Of a stretch of DNA of 64,000 nucleotides, positions 55,578-64,000 are shown piece after piece. Source of the stretch: a bacterium (GTDB taxonomy: Bacteria; Fibrobacterota; Fibrobacteria; UBA11236); assembly GCA_900299345.1 (NCBI GenBank), contig OMJM01000062.1:80788-144787 (forward strand), in the 5' to 3' direction. Every line of letters starts with the position of its first letter. The first letter of the stretch is position 1. The position numbers and the translations under genes were made by a program. The notes beneath the pieces were generated by a model, which saw nothing but the letters and a program-made list of their open reading frames with translations, was not told the origin of the DNA and searched no databases.

Positions 55578-56640
55578 ACCATCCCCCGTATTCCATCACC
55601 AACGCCGTGAAGAGGATGTTCGCCAAGGCCAGCGGGATCAGAACGGTCCATCCGAGTTTCATCAACTGATCCCAGCGGAAACGCGGCAAAGTCCAGCGCA
55701 CCCACATAAAGAAGAAGACCAAGGCCACGACCTTGGCGATGAAGATGGCGAAGCTCGCAGCCGCCACCACGAACCAGGGAAAGTTCGCGAGCCAGCCCAA
55801 CCATGCCGTGGGCAACGTCCATCCGCCGAGAAACAACGTGACTAGAATGGAGCACATGGTCCACAGTCCGGCATATTCACCCAGCATGAACCACGCATAG
55901 CGCATCCCGGTGTACTCGGTGTGATAGCCGCCCACGAGTTCCTGCTCCGCTTCCGGCAAATCGAAGGGCGCGCGGTTGGTTTCCGCAAAGGCCGCGATCA
56001 GGAACAACAGGAAGGTCAGCGGTTCCAGGAAAATGTTCCACGCGGGAAGCGCTGCGCCGCGCTGTTGCTCCACGATAGTGGCGAGATTAAGCGTGCCGGT
56101 TTTCATGGCCAGCGCGAGCACGGCCATACCCATCACGATTTCATAGCTGATCAGTTGCGCCGACGAGCGAATGCCGCCGAGCAGGCTGTACTGATTGTTC
56201 GAAGCCCAGCCGCCGAAAGCAATACCGTAGGACGCCAGCGAGGAAACCGCCATCATCACCAGCAGTCCCATTTCGAGATAGGACACCGCCAACACGCCAT
56301 TGGGTCCGAGCAGGTCGTTGCCCGGAGCCTGTCCGATGGGAATCAGGCTGAAGGAAATCACACCCGGAAGAAAAGCCATCACGGGACCGGCAAGAAAGAG
56401 AATCCGATCTGTGTTGCGCGGGAAGAAGTCTTCCTTCCACATCAGTTTCACGGCATCAGCCATGGATTGCAGCAACCCCAGCGGGCCGACTCGGTTCGGA
56501 CCGATGCGGCGCTGGAAGCGGGCGGACACCTTGCGTTCCATCCACACCAACATGGGCACGGCGGACATCACAATGCCGATGGCAGCCAGCATTTTGATGA
56601 CGGCGATGATCAGCGGGTTTTGCAACAACGCCAGAATCAT
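55567..56640 (-). CDS. nuoH: NADH-quinone oxidoreductase subunit H
   Basis: 357 aa, conserved NuoH/ND1 motifs. Confidence 0.9.
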   Translation of the reverse strand: MILALLQNPLIIAVIKMLAAIGIVMSAVPMLVWMERKVSARFQRRIGPNRVGPLGLLQSMADAVKLMWKEDFFPRNTDRILFLAGPVMAFLPGVISFSLIPIGQAPGNDLLGPNGVLAVSYLEMGLLVMMAVSSLASYGIAFGGWASNNQYSLLGGIRSSAQLISYEIVMGMAVLALAMKTGTLNLATIVEQQRGAALPAWNIFLEPLTFLLFLIAAFAETNRAPFDLPEAEQELVGGYHTEYTGMRYAWFMLGEYAGLWTMCSILVTLFLGGWTLPTAWLGWLANFPWFVVAAASFAIFIAKVVALVFFFMWVRWTLPRFRWDQLMKLGWTVLIPLALANILFTALVMEYGGWYVR

Positions 56641-58106
56641 GCGAGAACCCCAGTCGCTGGCCGAGTGGCCCGTAAGGCTGTACCGAGACCAGCAACAATC
56701 TCCGTTTCCGGCATCCCGTAGGTCACCGGTTCCATCACCGGCTCAAACGATTGGGCGATGCCCTGTCGGTTCACGAATGTTCCGGATTTCTCGAAACTGG
56801 TGAGCGTGGGCAACGCCACGGCCACATTGCCGTAGCGCAACAATTCACCTGAGGCAAAGTCGAGCAGCACCACATTTTGCGCACGATCCATGATCGCTTT
56901 CAGTTCCCGTGTCAGTTCAAATCCCGGAATGTTATGAACGAGAAACAACGTACCGATGGCCGCGTTTTCCGCCGCCAAAGCCTGAATCGACGCTTCGGGG
57001 TCCACGCCCAGAACCTGTTTCAAGCCTGCGCGATTGGGATTCTTGTCGCCGCTGATGGTGAAGCCCGGGAAGGTTTGATCCGCTTCCGTCTTATTGGCGT
57101 ATCCAAAGATTCGGATTGAGGGAAATTCCGTGTTCAGGAATTCCTTCATAGCACTCATAGCCTCGTTGGTGTTCCACGCTGAGACCAACGCGACGGAATG
57201 TGGTGCGGACAAAAGTTCCAATGCGGCAGCGCGCGCTTCCTTCCAGCTTGCATCCTTGCCGTGCACCTTGGGCTTCTGGAGCCGGTTCTCATGCGTGTAA
57301 CCGAAGGAGAGGCGTCCATGATCGCACATCCACGATTTGTTCACCGCGTCGTTGCGGCGCGGGACGATGCGCTTGATCAGGTTCTTCGCATCCATGTCCA
57401 CGCGTGAGTTGCAACCCACGGCACAATCAGCGCACACGGAAGGATTGGAATGCAGGTGCCACACGCGGCTCTGAAACAGGAAGTCCGAGGACACCAGCGC
57501 ACCCACCGGGCAGATGTCCACCGTGTTCATGGACAACGGGTTGTCGAGATTCTTGCCGGGGAACAGCGCGATCTCGCTGCGGTCGCCGCGGTAGATCACG
57601 TTCAACTCGCCTTCGCCGGAAACCTCGTCAGTGAAACGTACGCAGCGCGTGCATACGATGCAACGCGAACCCCAGTACTTGACGTGCGGGCCCATCGTGG
57701 CCTTGGACTTGCGGACCTTTTCCTCGTGGAAGCGGCCGTGATCGCGACCGTATTCGTAACTGTAATCCTGCAGCTTGCATTCACCGGACTGATCACATTC
57801 CGGGCAGTCGAGCGGATGGTTGATGAGCAGGAATTCCATCACGCCCTTGCGCGCCTCTTCCACATCCTTGCCGGTGGTGGAGACTTCCATGCCTTCGGCC
57901 ACAGGCTGGGCGCAGGCGACCACGGGTCGCGGCATGCCTTTCACGCCCACCATGCAGATGCGGCAATTGCCCGCGATGCTGAGATCCGGGTGGTAGCAGT
58001 AATGCGGAACTTCGACGCTGTTCTCGTGGCACGCCTTGATCACGGTCCAGTCGGCGGGAACGCTCACGTCCTTGCCGTCGATCTTCATGTTGACTTGCTT
58101 CGTCAT
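56637..58106 (-). CDS. nuoG: NADH-quinone oxidoreductase subunit G (short form, 489 aa)
   Basis: N-terminal 2Fe-2S and 4Fe-4S Cys clusters (CYHPDLSIAGNCRIC, CPECDQSGEC, CIVCTRCVRF) and a truncated molybdopterin-like domain. Confidence 0.88.
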   Translation of the reverse strand: MTKQVNMKIDGKDVSVPADWTVIKACHENSVEVPHYCYHPDLSIAGNCRICMVGVKGMPRPVVACAQPVAEGMEVSTTGKDVEEARKGVMEFLLINHPLDCPECDQSGECKLQDYSYEYGRDHGRFHEEKVRKSKATMGPHVKYWGSRCIVCTRCVRFTDEVSGEGELNVIYRGDRSEIALFPGKNLDNPLSMNTVDICPVGALVSSDFLFQSRVWHLHSNPSVCADCAVGCNSRVDMDAKNLIKRIVPRRNDAVNKSWMCDHGRLSFGYTHENRLQKPKVHGKDASWKEARAAALELLSAPHSVALVSAWNTNEAMSAMKEFLNTEFPSIRIFGYANKTEADQTFPGFTISGDKNPNRAGLKQVLGVDPEASIQALAAENAAIGTLFLVHNIPGFELTRELKAIMDRAQNVVLLDFASGELLRYGNVAVALPTLTSFEKSGTFVNRQGIAQSFEPVMEPVTYGMPETEIVAGLGTALRATRPATGVLA

Positions 58107-59491
58107 CAGACCCGATCCATTCCCATGCCCACATCCACCACGTTGGGCGCACCGTGCTGCACGGACTCGCGCTTGGCGGTCGGGGTGATTTCATCGCGCG
58201 GCGTGCGCAAACGTTCCACATGTGCGGGCTCGTGCGTGCGTTTTTCAAATTCTCCGCGGAAATGCTGCAAATAGCTCTGCATCGGCATGGCCGCCGCGTC
58301 CGCCAGCACACAGATGGTGCGGCCGCGCATGTTCTTCGCCACCTCACCCACGAGATCCACGTCGCCCGAATGCGCATGCCCCCCGTGGAACTTGTGCGCC
58401 AGTTTTTCCAACCAGCCCGTGCCTTCGCGACACGGCGTGCATTGACCGCAGGACTCGTGATGGTAGAAGCGCATGGTATTGTACACCGCGGACATCAAGT
58501 CCACCCCGTCGTGCAGCACCGTGATGCCGCCGGAACCGAGCATTGATCCCAAGGACGCCAGGCTTTCATAGTCCAGCGTACACTTGTCCACCATCTCCGG
58601 GGTCAGCAATGGCGCGGACAATCCTCCGGGAATGACGGCTTTGAGTGTGCGGCCTTCGATCAATCCGCCGCCATACACTTCGATCATTTCCCGCATGGTG
58701 ATTCCCAGCGGTACTTCGTACACACCGGGATTTTTCACAGCGCCAGAAAGGCAGAAAATCTTGAAGCCGGGGCTTTTCTCCGTGCCCCATTGCTTGTGCC
58801 AAGCCGCTCCGTGTTTGAGGATGTGCGACACGGCCGCGATGGTTTCCACGTTGTTCACAATGGTCGGGCACTTGAACACACCCGAAACAGCCGGGAAGGG
58901 TGGCTTGATCTTGGGATAACCGCGTCCACCCTCAATGGAGGACAACATTCCGGTTTCCTCGCCGCAGATGTAGGCACCTGCGCCGCGCATCACCACAACC
59001 TTGAGGTCGAAGTTTTTGCCGAAGATGTTTTTGCCGATGAATCCCTTGGCCTTGGCTTCGCGTACCGCCGCCTCGAGCCGTTCATAGCCGAGGATGAATT
59101 CGCCGCGCAGGTAAATGAAAGCGTGATTGCTCTGAATCGCCCAGCAGGTGAGAATCACACCTTCCAGCAACTGGTGCGGATCCTTTTCGAGGATGTAGCG
59201 ATCCTTAAAGGTGCCAGGTTCGCTCTCGTCGCCATTCACGGCGAGATAGGCGGGCTTGCCCGTGCCTTTGGCAAGGAAGCTCCACTTTTTGCCCGTGGGA
59301 AATCCCGCACCGCCGCGCCCGCGCAGGCCCGAGTCTTCGACAATTTTCACCAATGACGCCGGTTCCGCGGTACCGACCAGATTACGCGCAGTTTCATAAC
59401 CGCCGCGCGCCTGATAATGTTCGATGGTATGCGATCCCGGTTCGTGAATGTGCTTCAGGATGACCGGGGAGAACGGAGTCGCATCAGCCAT
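58106..59491 (-). CDS. nuoF: NADH-quinone oxidoreductase subunit F
   Basis: FMN/NADH-binding GRGGAGFPTG and the 4Fe-4S motif ESCGQCTPCREG. Confidence 0.92.
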   Translation of the reverse strand: MADATPFSPVILKHIHEPGSHTIEHYQARGGYETARNLVGTAEPASLVKIVEDSGLRGRGGAGFPTGKKWSFLAKGTGKPAYLAVNGDESEPGTFKDRYILEKDPHQLLEGVILTCWAIQSNHAFIYLRGEFILGYERLEAAVREAKAKGFIGKNIFGKNFDLKVVVMRGAGAYICGEETGMLSSIEGGRGYPKIKPPFPAVSGVFKCPTIVNNVETIAAVSHILKHGAAWHKQWGTEKSPGFKIFCLSGAVKNPGVYEVPLGITMREMIEVYGGGLIEGRTLKAVIPGGLSAPLLTPEMVDKCTLDYESLASLGSMLGSGGITVLHDGVDLMSAVYNTMRFYHHESCGQCTPCREGTGWLEKLAHKFHGGHAHSGDVDLVGEVAKNMRGRTICVLADAAAMPMQSYLQHFRGEFEKRTHEPAHVERLRTPRDEITPTAKRESVQHGAPNVVDVGMGMDRV

Positions 59492-60215
59492 GCTGGGCTC
59501 CGTTCATGTTCACGCCGTCCGCGACAGGCGCGGTGAGCGGCGTGAGCAGCGGCGGCGGCACGGAGGTCGTGCGCGGCGCTTCACCGGGTTTGAAGTACGG
59601 ATCCTTGTCGTCGAACTGGCGCGCCCCGGACTCGGTCTCACCCTCGAAGTTGTAATGCGAAGGCAGCACGGAAATCCGCAGATCCATTTCCACACCGGAG
59701 CTGTTTTGGTATTCTGCCGACGTTTTGTTTTCGAGTTTCAACAGGGACTCGATGTAATCATCGAGCGCCTTGCCCTTCATGGAACAGAAATGCTCAAAGT
59801 CCTTTTGAACCACGGGTGGCTTGTCGCAATCGGCGAGACACTCCACCTTTTCGCATGAAAAAAGCCCGTCCTGCGTGCGCTGGCCGGGCTTCAATCCCAA
59901 TTTCGATTCGATCTGCTTGAGGGCCTGATCGGTGTTGCCATCCAGAGCGCACATGAGCGTGGCGCAGACCATGAAACGGTGCTTGCCGTGCGCAGAGCGC
60001 TTGAAGTGGGTGTAGAAAGTGACCATGCCCTGCACATGCGCGGGGGTGACTCCGCAAAGATCAGCGGCGATTTCCATGGCCTCATCGTTGATGCAGCCGA
60101 ACTCCTCCTCCACCAGGCGGAGGGTCATCATCAACATGGAGCGCTTGTTGGGATAGTCGTCCACCATGTCGTGGAACCGCTTCAGGCGCTCGGGAGATAG
60201 GGTTTTAACGGGCAT
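59484..60215 (-). CDS. nuoE: NADH-quinone oxidoreductase subunit E with a C-terminal extension of about 80 aa
   Basis: 2Fe-2S thioredoxin-like core (CATLMCALDG....CEKVECLADC) plus a Pro-rich tail. Confidence 0.88.
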   Translation of the reverse strand: MPVKTLSPERLKRFHDMVDDYPNKRSMLMMTLRLVEEEFGCINDEAMEIAADLCGVTPAHVQGMVTFYTHFKRSAHGKHRFMVCATLMCALDGNTDQALKQIESKLGLKPGQRTQDGLFSCEKVECLADCDKPPVVQKDFEHFCSMKGKALDDYIESLLKLENKTSAEYQNSSGVEMDLRISVLPSHYNFEGETESGARQFDDKDPYFKPGEAPRTTSVPPPLLTPLTAPVADGVNMNGAQHG

Positions 60216-60337
60216 CAGGCTGTTGACTTTTCCAAAAACGCGGAAAAACCAAAATTAGCAATCTTGGCAATGGCTTGGAGCGATTCGGCCCTCTTTTTGA
60301 GAGGCTGAAAACCGGAACGGAAGTAGTTTTTCTCATC

Positions 60338-61897
60338 GTGAAAATCCTGCTGGTATATCCTGAAATGCCGTCCACTTTCTGGACCATGGACCACCTTGTG
60401 GAAATGGTTGGAAAAAAGGCCAGCTACCCCCCCTTGGGTCTGCTAACCGTGGCCGCCTTGCTCCCCAAGGATTGGGACAAGCGACTGGTGGATCTCAACG
60501 TGGAAGATCTGAGCGACGCGGATCTGTTGTGGGCCGATTATGTCTTCATCGGAGCCATGAATGTTCAGATCCGTTCGGCGAGAGAGGTCATCGATCGCTG
60601 CCGGGGGCTGGGCGTCAAGATCGTCGCTGGCGGTCCTTTGTTCACTCATGAACATGAAACCTTCGATGGCGTGGATCATTTCGTGCTCAATGAAGCCGAG
60701 ATTACCCTTCCCCTGTTTCTCGCGGATCTGGAAGCGGGGCATCCCAAACCGTTGTATGCCACGCAGGATTTCGCCGACGTGCATCAAACTCCTTTGCCGA
60801 TGTGGGAACTCGCGGATCTGAATCAATACGCTTATTGCATTGTGCAGTATTCGCGCGGATGTCCCTACATGTGCGACTTCTGCGATGTGACCGCGTTGTT
60901 TGGTCGTAAGCCGCGCGTGAAGACACCAAAGCAAATTCTCGCCGAATTAAAGGCCATGGGAGACTTGAGCCGTTTCGGCATGATCCTGTTTGCCGACGAC
61001 AATCTCATCGGCAACAAGAAGAACCTGCGCGAAACCCTGCTGCCCGCGCTCATCGAGTGGCGCGGCCGGGAAAATCCACCCGTCGGCTTTTCCACGCAAG
61101 TGACGATCAATGTGGTGGATGACGAGGAGCTGTCGCAACTCATGCTTGAAGCCGGTTTCCGCCACATCTTCTGCGGCATCGAAACGCCGGATGAAGCCGG
61201 CCTACTTGCCAGCCAGAAGCGGCAGAATACGCGGCGTGATTTGCTGGAAAACGTCCCCCGCCTGCACGAAAAAGGCTTCATGGTCACGGCAGGTTTCATT
61301 GTCGGCTTCGACACCGACACCGAGGCCAGCTTCCAGCGAATGATCGACTTCATCCAGGACAGCGGCATCGTGATCGCGACCATCAATCTGCTGAAGGCTC
61401 CGCCAGGAACGGATCTCTACAAGAAGATGCGCGCAGCCGGGCGCCTGATCGAACCCTTCGATTTCGACGAAAACAGCTCCAACATCATTCCAGTGATGGA
61501 CCCTGATGTTTTGAACCACGGATTCGAGTTCGTGCTGCGGCACGTGTATTCGCCGGAGTACGTTTACCAGCGAGCGCTGACTTTGATGCGGACTTATCCC
61601 GGACCGAAGGTTCGTCATCGCATCCGTCGGAAACCCTCGTTGCGCTCCGCGGCCCTTCTGCTCCGTCTTGTGTACCGCCTCGGAATCGCCGGACAGGAAC
61701 GGCGCTATTTCTGGAAGTTGTTCTTCTGGACCCTGTGGAATCGTCCCGGCATTCTCGAATACTCGTTTTTCTTTTCCACCCTCACACTCCAGTTCCGGAA
61801 GATGTACGAGCGGTACAGCGGCGGCGTGTACCCAGAGATCAAGCAGGAATCCTATCCCTTGATTTCGGCGCGACCGGCGACCACGGCGGCGGCTTAA
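60338..61897 (+). CDS. B12-binding domain/radical SAM protein (DUF4070-type)
   Basis: N-terminal B12-binding-like Rossmann region. CxxxCxxC at SRGCPYMCDFC. C-terminal DUF4070-like region. The GTG start (VKILLVYPEMP) is preferred over the ORF-track ATG. Confidence 0.8.
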   Translation: MKILLVYPEMPSTFWTMDHLVEMVGKKASYPPLGLLTVAALLPKDWDKRLVDLNVEDLSDADLLWADYVFIGAMNVQIRSAREVIDRCRGLGVKIVAGGPLFTHEHETFDGVDHFVLNEAEITLPLFLADLEAGHPKPLYATQDFADVHQTPLPMWELADLNQYAYCIVQYSRGCPYMCDFCDVTALFGRKPRVKTPKQILAELKAMGDLSRFGMILFADDNLIGNKKNLRETLLPALIEWRGRENPPVGFSTQVTINVVDDEELSQLMLEAGFRHIFCGIETPDEAGLLASQKRQNTRRDLLENVPRLHEKGFMVTAGFIVGFDTDTEASFQRMIDFIQDSGIVIATINLLKAPPGTDLYKKMRAAGRLIEPFDFDENSSNIIPVMDPDVLNHGFEFVLRHVYSPEYVYQRALTLMRTYPGPKVRHRIRRKPSLRSAALLLRLVYRLGIAGQERRYFWKLFFWTLWNRPGILEYSFFFSTLTLQFRKMYERYSGGVYPEIKQESYPLISARPATTAAA

Positions 61898-61913
61898 CGC
61901 CGCCCTGTATTCA

Positions 61914-62855
61914 TTAACCCGGTTTTCGGAAACAAAAGGCGCCGTAACGCCAGAGGCCGCGCTTCAGAGTGGGATACTGGTGGTAGATCGCGTACGCGTT
62001 CAAAAGTTTTTCTTCGTTGACCAACCCCAGCGCATGGAGCATTTTGCGCCACGGCAGGATGATCGGGCCCAGGCGGAATATTTTCCAGGCATGCGGCAAT
62101 ACATCGGGTGTGATATCCTCCGCATGCGTGACTTCTAGACCCGCAGAACGCGCCCATTTCTGAATTTGATCGAAGGAGCAGAAATGGGGAACCGCCCATC
62201 CTTTCAAAAAAAGCTCAAAGGCACGTGCCTCAGCACGATTAGCTGGAGGCCTGCCTGAGCATCCGTCCGCGAGGACAAGGCGACCACCCGGCTTGAGCAA
62301 TGGCGCCATCGTATGGATCCAAGCCTCCTTGTCCGGTGCGTAGCAGAAGCTCTCCAGCGCCCAAATCACATCAAAAGACGCCGGCTTAAAGGCCGGAGTG
62401 GTGTAGTCGTTGGCGAGGAAACGAGCGGACACGCGCCGAAGGCCGGCGGGCACCGCGGGGGCACCCGGAGCGGATTCGTTCGGCGTACCCCACTTGGCCG
62501 CATCACGGACGGCGAAAGCTTGGGCAATCCGGGCATGCATTTCCACGAGATTGGCGCCAAAGCACTGCGCCCCGGTTTCGCGCGCAAGGAGGATGGATGA
62601 GCCGCCCATGCCGCAGCCAGCGTCGAACACCTTTGGAGCGGGACGGGATGGATCCGCAGGGAACAGGCCTGCAAGGGTTGCCAGGTAACGCGTCATGTTA
62701 CTGGTGGGGCTTCCTCCCGGAGGAAGATCGCGATCGAAGCCGTAATGCATATGGTGGTGACGGCGGGTTCCGTACCACTTGAGGTAATCCCGGGTGGTGT
62801 CTTCGAAGTAATTGCGGACGCGATCCTTGATGGCGCGGCCTGCGTTGTCGCTCAT
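61914..62855 (-). CDS. class I SAM-dependent methyltransferase (tocopherol/MPBQ/sarcosine-dimethylglycine methyltransferase-like)
   Basis: N-terminal YFEDTTRDYLKWYG..HHMHYGF signature typical of this subfamily. Motif I VFDAGCGMGGSS. Confidence 0.72.
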   Translation of the reverse strand: MSDNAGRAIKDRVRNYFEDTTRDYLKWYGTRRHHHMHYGFDRDLPPGGSPTSNMTRYLATLAGLFPADPSRPAPKVFDAGCGMGGSSILLARETGAQCFGANLVEMHARIAQAFAVRDAAKWGTPNESAPGAPAVPAGLRRVSARFLANDYTTPAFKPASFDVIWALESFCYAPDKEAWIHTMAPLLKPGGRLVLADGCSGRPPANRAEARAFELFLKGWAVPHFCSFDQIQKWARSAGLEVTHAEDITPDVLPHAWKIFRLGPIILPWRKMLHALGLVNEEKLLNAYAIYHQYPTLKRGLWRYGAFCFRKPG

Positions 62856-62879
62856 GCCCTCACCCGTCCGGCTGCGGAC

Positions 62880-64000
62880 CTATCGATCCAGCTCACCCGC
62901 GATAATGTTGAACGAGGCCAGAATCGCCACCAGATCCGCCAGCATGGCACCTTCCATCAACCGGCCGAAGATCGGATAATTGATGAACGATGGCGGACGA
63001 ATGCGCACTCGCCACGGGTTCGAGCTTCCGTCCGACACCAAATGGAATCCAAGCTCGCCGTTCGGCGCTTCCGTCGCGGAATAGAGATCCGTGATCGGCG
63101 CATGGATGCCGTGCTCCTGCCCGGGCATGATCATTTTGAAGTGATGGATCAGCGACTCCATGTCGCGATAAGTCGAGAGCTTGTCCGGAAGCGCGTGCTT
63201 TTGATCCAGCACCGAAATCGGACCCGGCTCCAGCAGTTTCAACGCCTGACGCACGATGCGGATGCTTTGATCCATCTCGTCAAGACGCACTTTGTAGCGG
63301 GCCTCGCTGTCGCCTTCCTCGTAGGTCGGCACGTCGAATTCGAGCTCATTGTAAATCAGGTAGGGCCGGTATTTACGGAGATCGTATGCCACACCCGAGG
63401 CGCGAGCCATGGGACCGGTGATGCCGTAGGACTCCACATCCTGTTTTGAAATCAGGCCGATGCCGCGGGTACGATCGATGAAAATGCGGTTCTTGTAAAA
63501 ACTGGCGCGCAAGTTGCCGATGGTGCGTTCCATGCTATCGAGAATGGCGGTCACCCGCGTCTCGAAACCCTCCGGCAGATCAAAGGCCACGCCTCCCACG
63601 CGCGCGTAACTCGTGGTCAGACGCGTACCGGTCACAGCCTCGAACACGTCGTACAACTTCTCGCGCTCCACGAAGGTCCACAGGATGGAGGTGAACGCGC
63701 CGAGATCCATGGTCAACGCGCCCACGCACAGCGAATGATCCGCCAGGCGAGAAAGCTCGCACAGCAAGGTGCGGATCACCTGGCAGCGGCGTGGCGTTTC
63801 GATTCCAAGCATCTCTTCCACGGCGATGGCGAAGCCGATGTTGTTGTTGAGCGGCGAGAAATAATTCAGGCGATCGCTGAGCGTGATGAACTGATTGTAT
63901 GTGCGGTATTCGCCCAGCTTCTCGAAGCCGGTGTGCAAAAAGCCGATTTCCTGTTCGGCTTTGAGCACGCGCTCACCCTGCACTTCCATCTTCACGCGCA
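62880..64000 (-). CDS. nuoD: NADH-quinone oxidoreductase subunit D, N-terminus beyond the window edge
   Basis: 49-kDa subunit motifs (RVRIRPPSFINYP); runs off the right edge. Confidence 0.9.
   Translation of the reverse strand, partial: RVKMEVQGERVLKAEQEIGFLHTGFEKLGEYRTYNQFITLSDRLNYFSPLNNNIGFAIAVEEMLGIETPRRCQVIRTLLCELSRLADHSLCVGALTMDLGAFTSILWTFVEREKLYDVFEAVTGTRLTTSYARVGGVAFDLPEGFETRVTAILDSMERTIGNLRASFYKNRIFIDRTRGIGLISKQDVESYGITGPMARASGVAYDLRKYRPYLIYNELEFDVPTYEEGDSEARYKVRLDEMDQSIRIVRQALKLLEPGPISVLDQKHALPDKLSTYRDMESLIHHFKMIMPGQEHGIHAPITDLYSATEAPNGELGFHLVSDGSSNPWRVRIRPPSFINYPIFGRLMEGAMLADLVAILASFNIIAGELDR

Noticed and set aside
1-64000. CRISPR arrays, tRNA or rRNA genes, insertion sequences and prophage genes
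   Set aside because: No regularly spaced direct repeats, no tRNA-like cloverleaf candidates in the intergenic regions, and no integrase, transposase or phage structural genes anywhere in the window.

Overview
This is a 64-kb, high-GC (about 60%) bacterial chromosomal window that is densely coded and has no rRNA, tRNA, CRISPR array or recognisable mobile-element genes. Most genes are housekeeping and lie in both orientations:
- purine and cell-wall genes: purN, rnhB, murD
- amino acid and cofactor biosynthesis: lysA, argG, thiE, gcvH, aroC
- RNA processing and ribosome rescue: hrpB, arfB
- isoprenoid biosynthesis: ispD, ispF
- sulfate assimilation: cysD, cysN, cysC
- an rRNA methyltransferase (RumA/RlmD-like) and a THUMP methyltransferase (RlmL-like)
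- a 14-subunit-type complex I block, nuoD then a two-gene insertion then nuoEFGHIJKLMN.

The window is unusually rich in proteins that end in a type IX secretion (T9SS) C-terminal sorting domain; I count six. The organism uses Shine-Dalgarno sequences (AGGAGG, GGGGAG) and is high-GC, so it is probably a non-Bacteroidia member of the FCB group (for example Gemmatimonadota- or Rhodothermota-like). That placement is inference only.

The candidates most worth following up are:
1. A putative operon: a membrane-anchored triheme cytochrome c, an FAH-family hydrolase, a D-2-hydroxyacid dehydrogenase and an SMP-30 lactonase. It sits next to two, or possibly three, T9SS-exported glucose/sorbosone-dehydrogenase (GSDH, PQQ-type) beta-propeller proteins. 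This would fit a cell-surface aldose oxidation route coupled to a non-phosphorylative sugar-acid pathway.
2. A CysN carrying a degenerate APS-kinase-like C-terminal domain. That domain is encoded in markedly lower-GC DNA and is followed by an intact cysC.
3. A low-GC islet of about 1.6 kb holding three small secreted or lipoprotein genes.
4. The nuo operon interrupted between nuoD and nuoE by a SAM-dependent methyltransferase and a B12-binding radical SAM (DUF4070-type) gene. A paralogous radical SAM gene sits at the left edge of the window.
5. A murD outside any dcw cell-wall cluster, next to a YkuD-like protein with a peptidoglycan-binding domain and a tiny hydrophobic peptide ORF.
6. Several perfect inverted repeats, including a 22-bp-stem palindrome.

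Start codons were re-assessed against the ORF track. Where a motif position was counted by hand, expect about ±2 nt.
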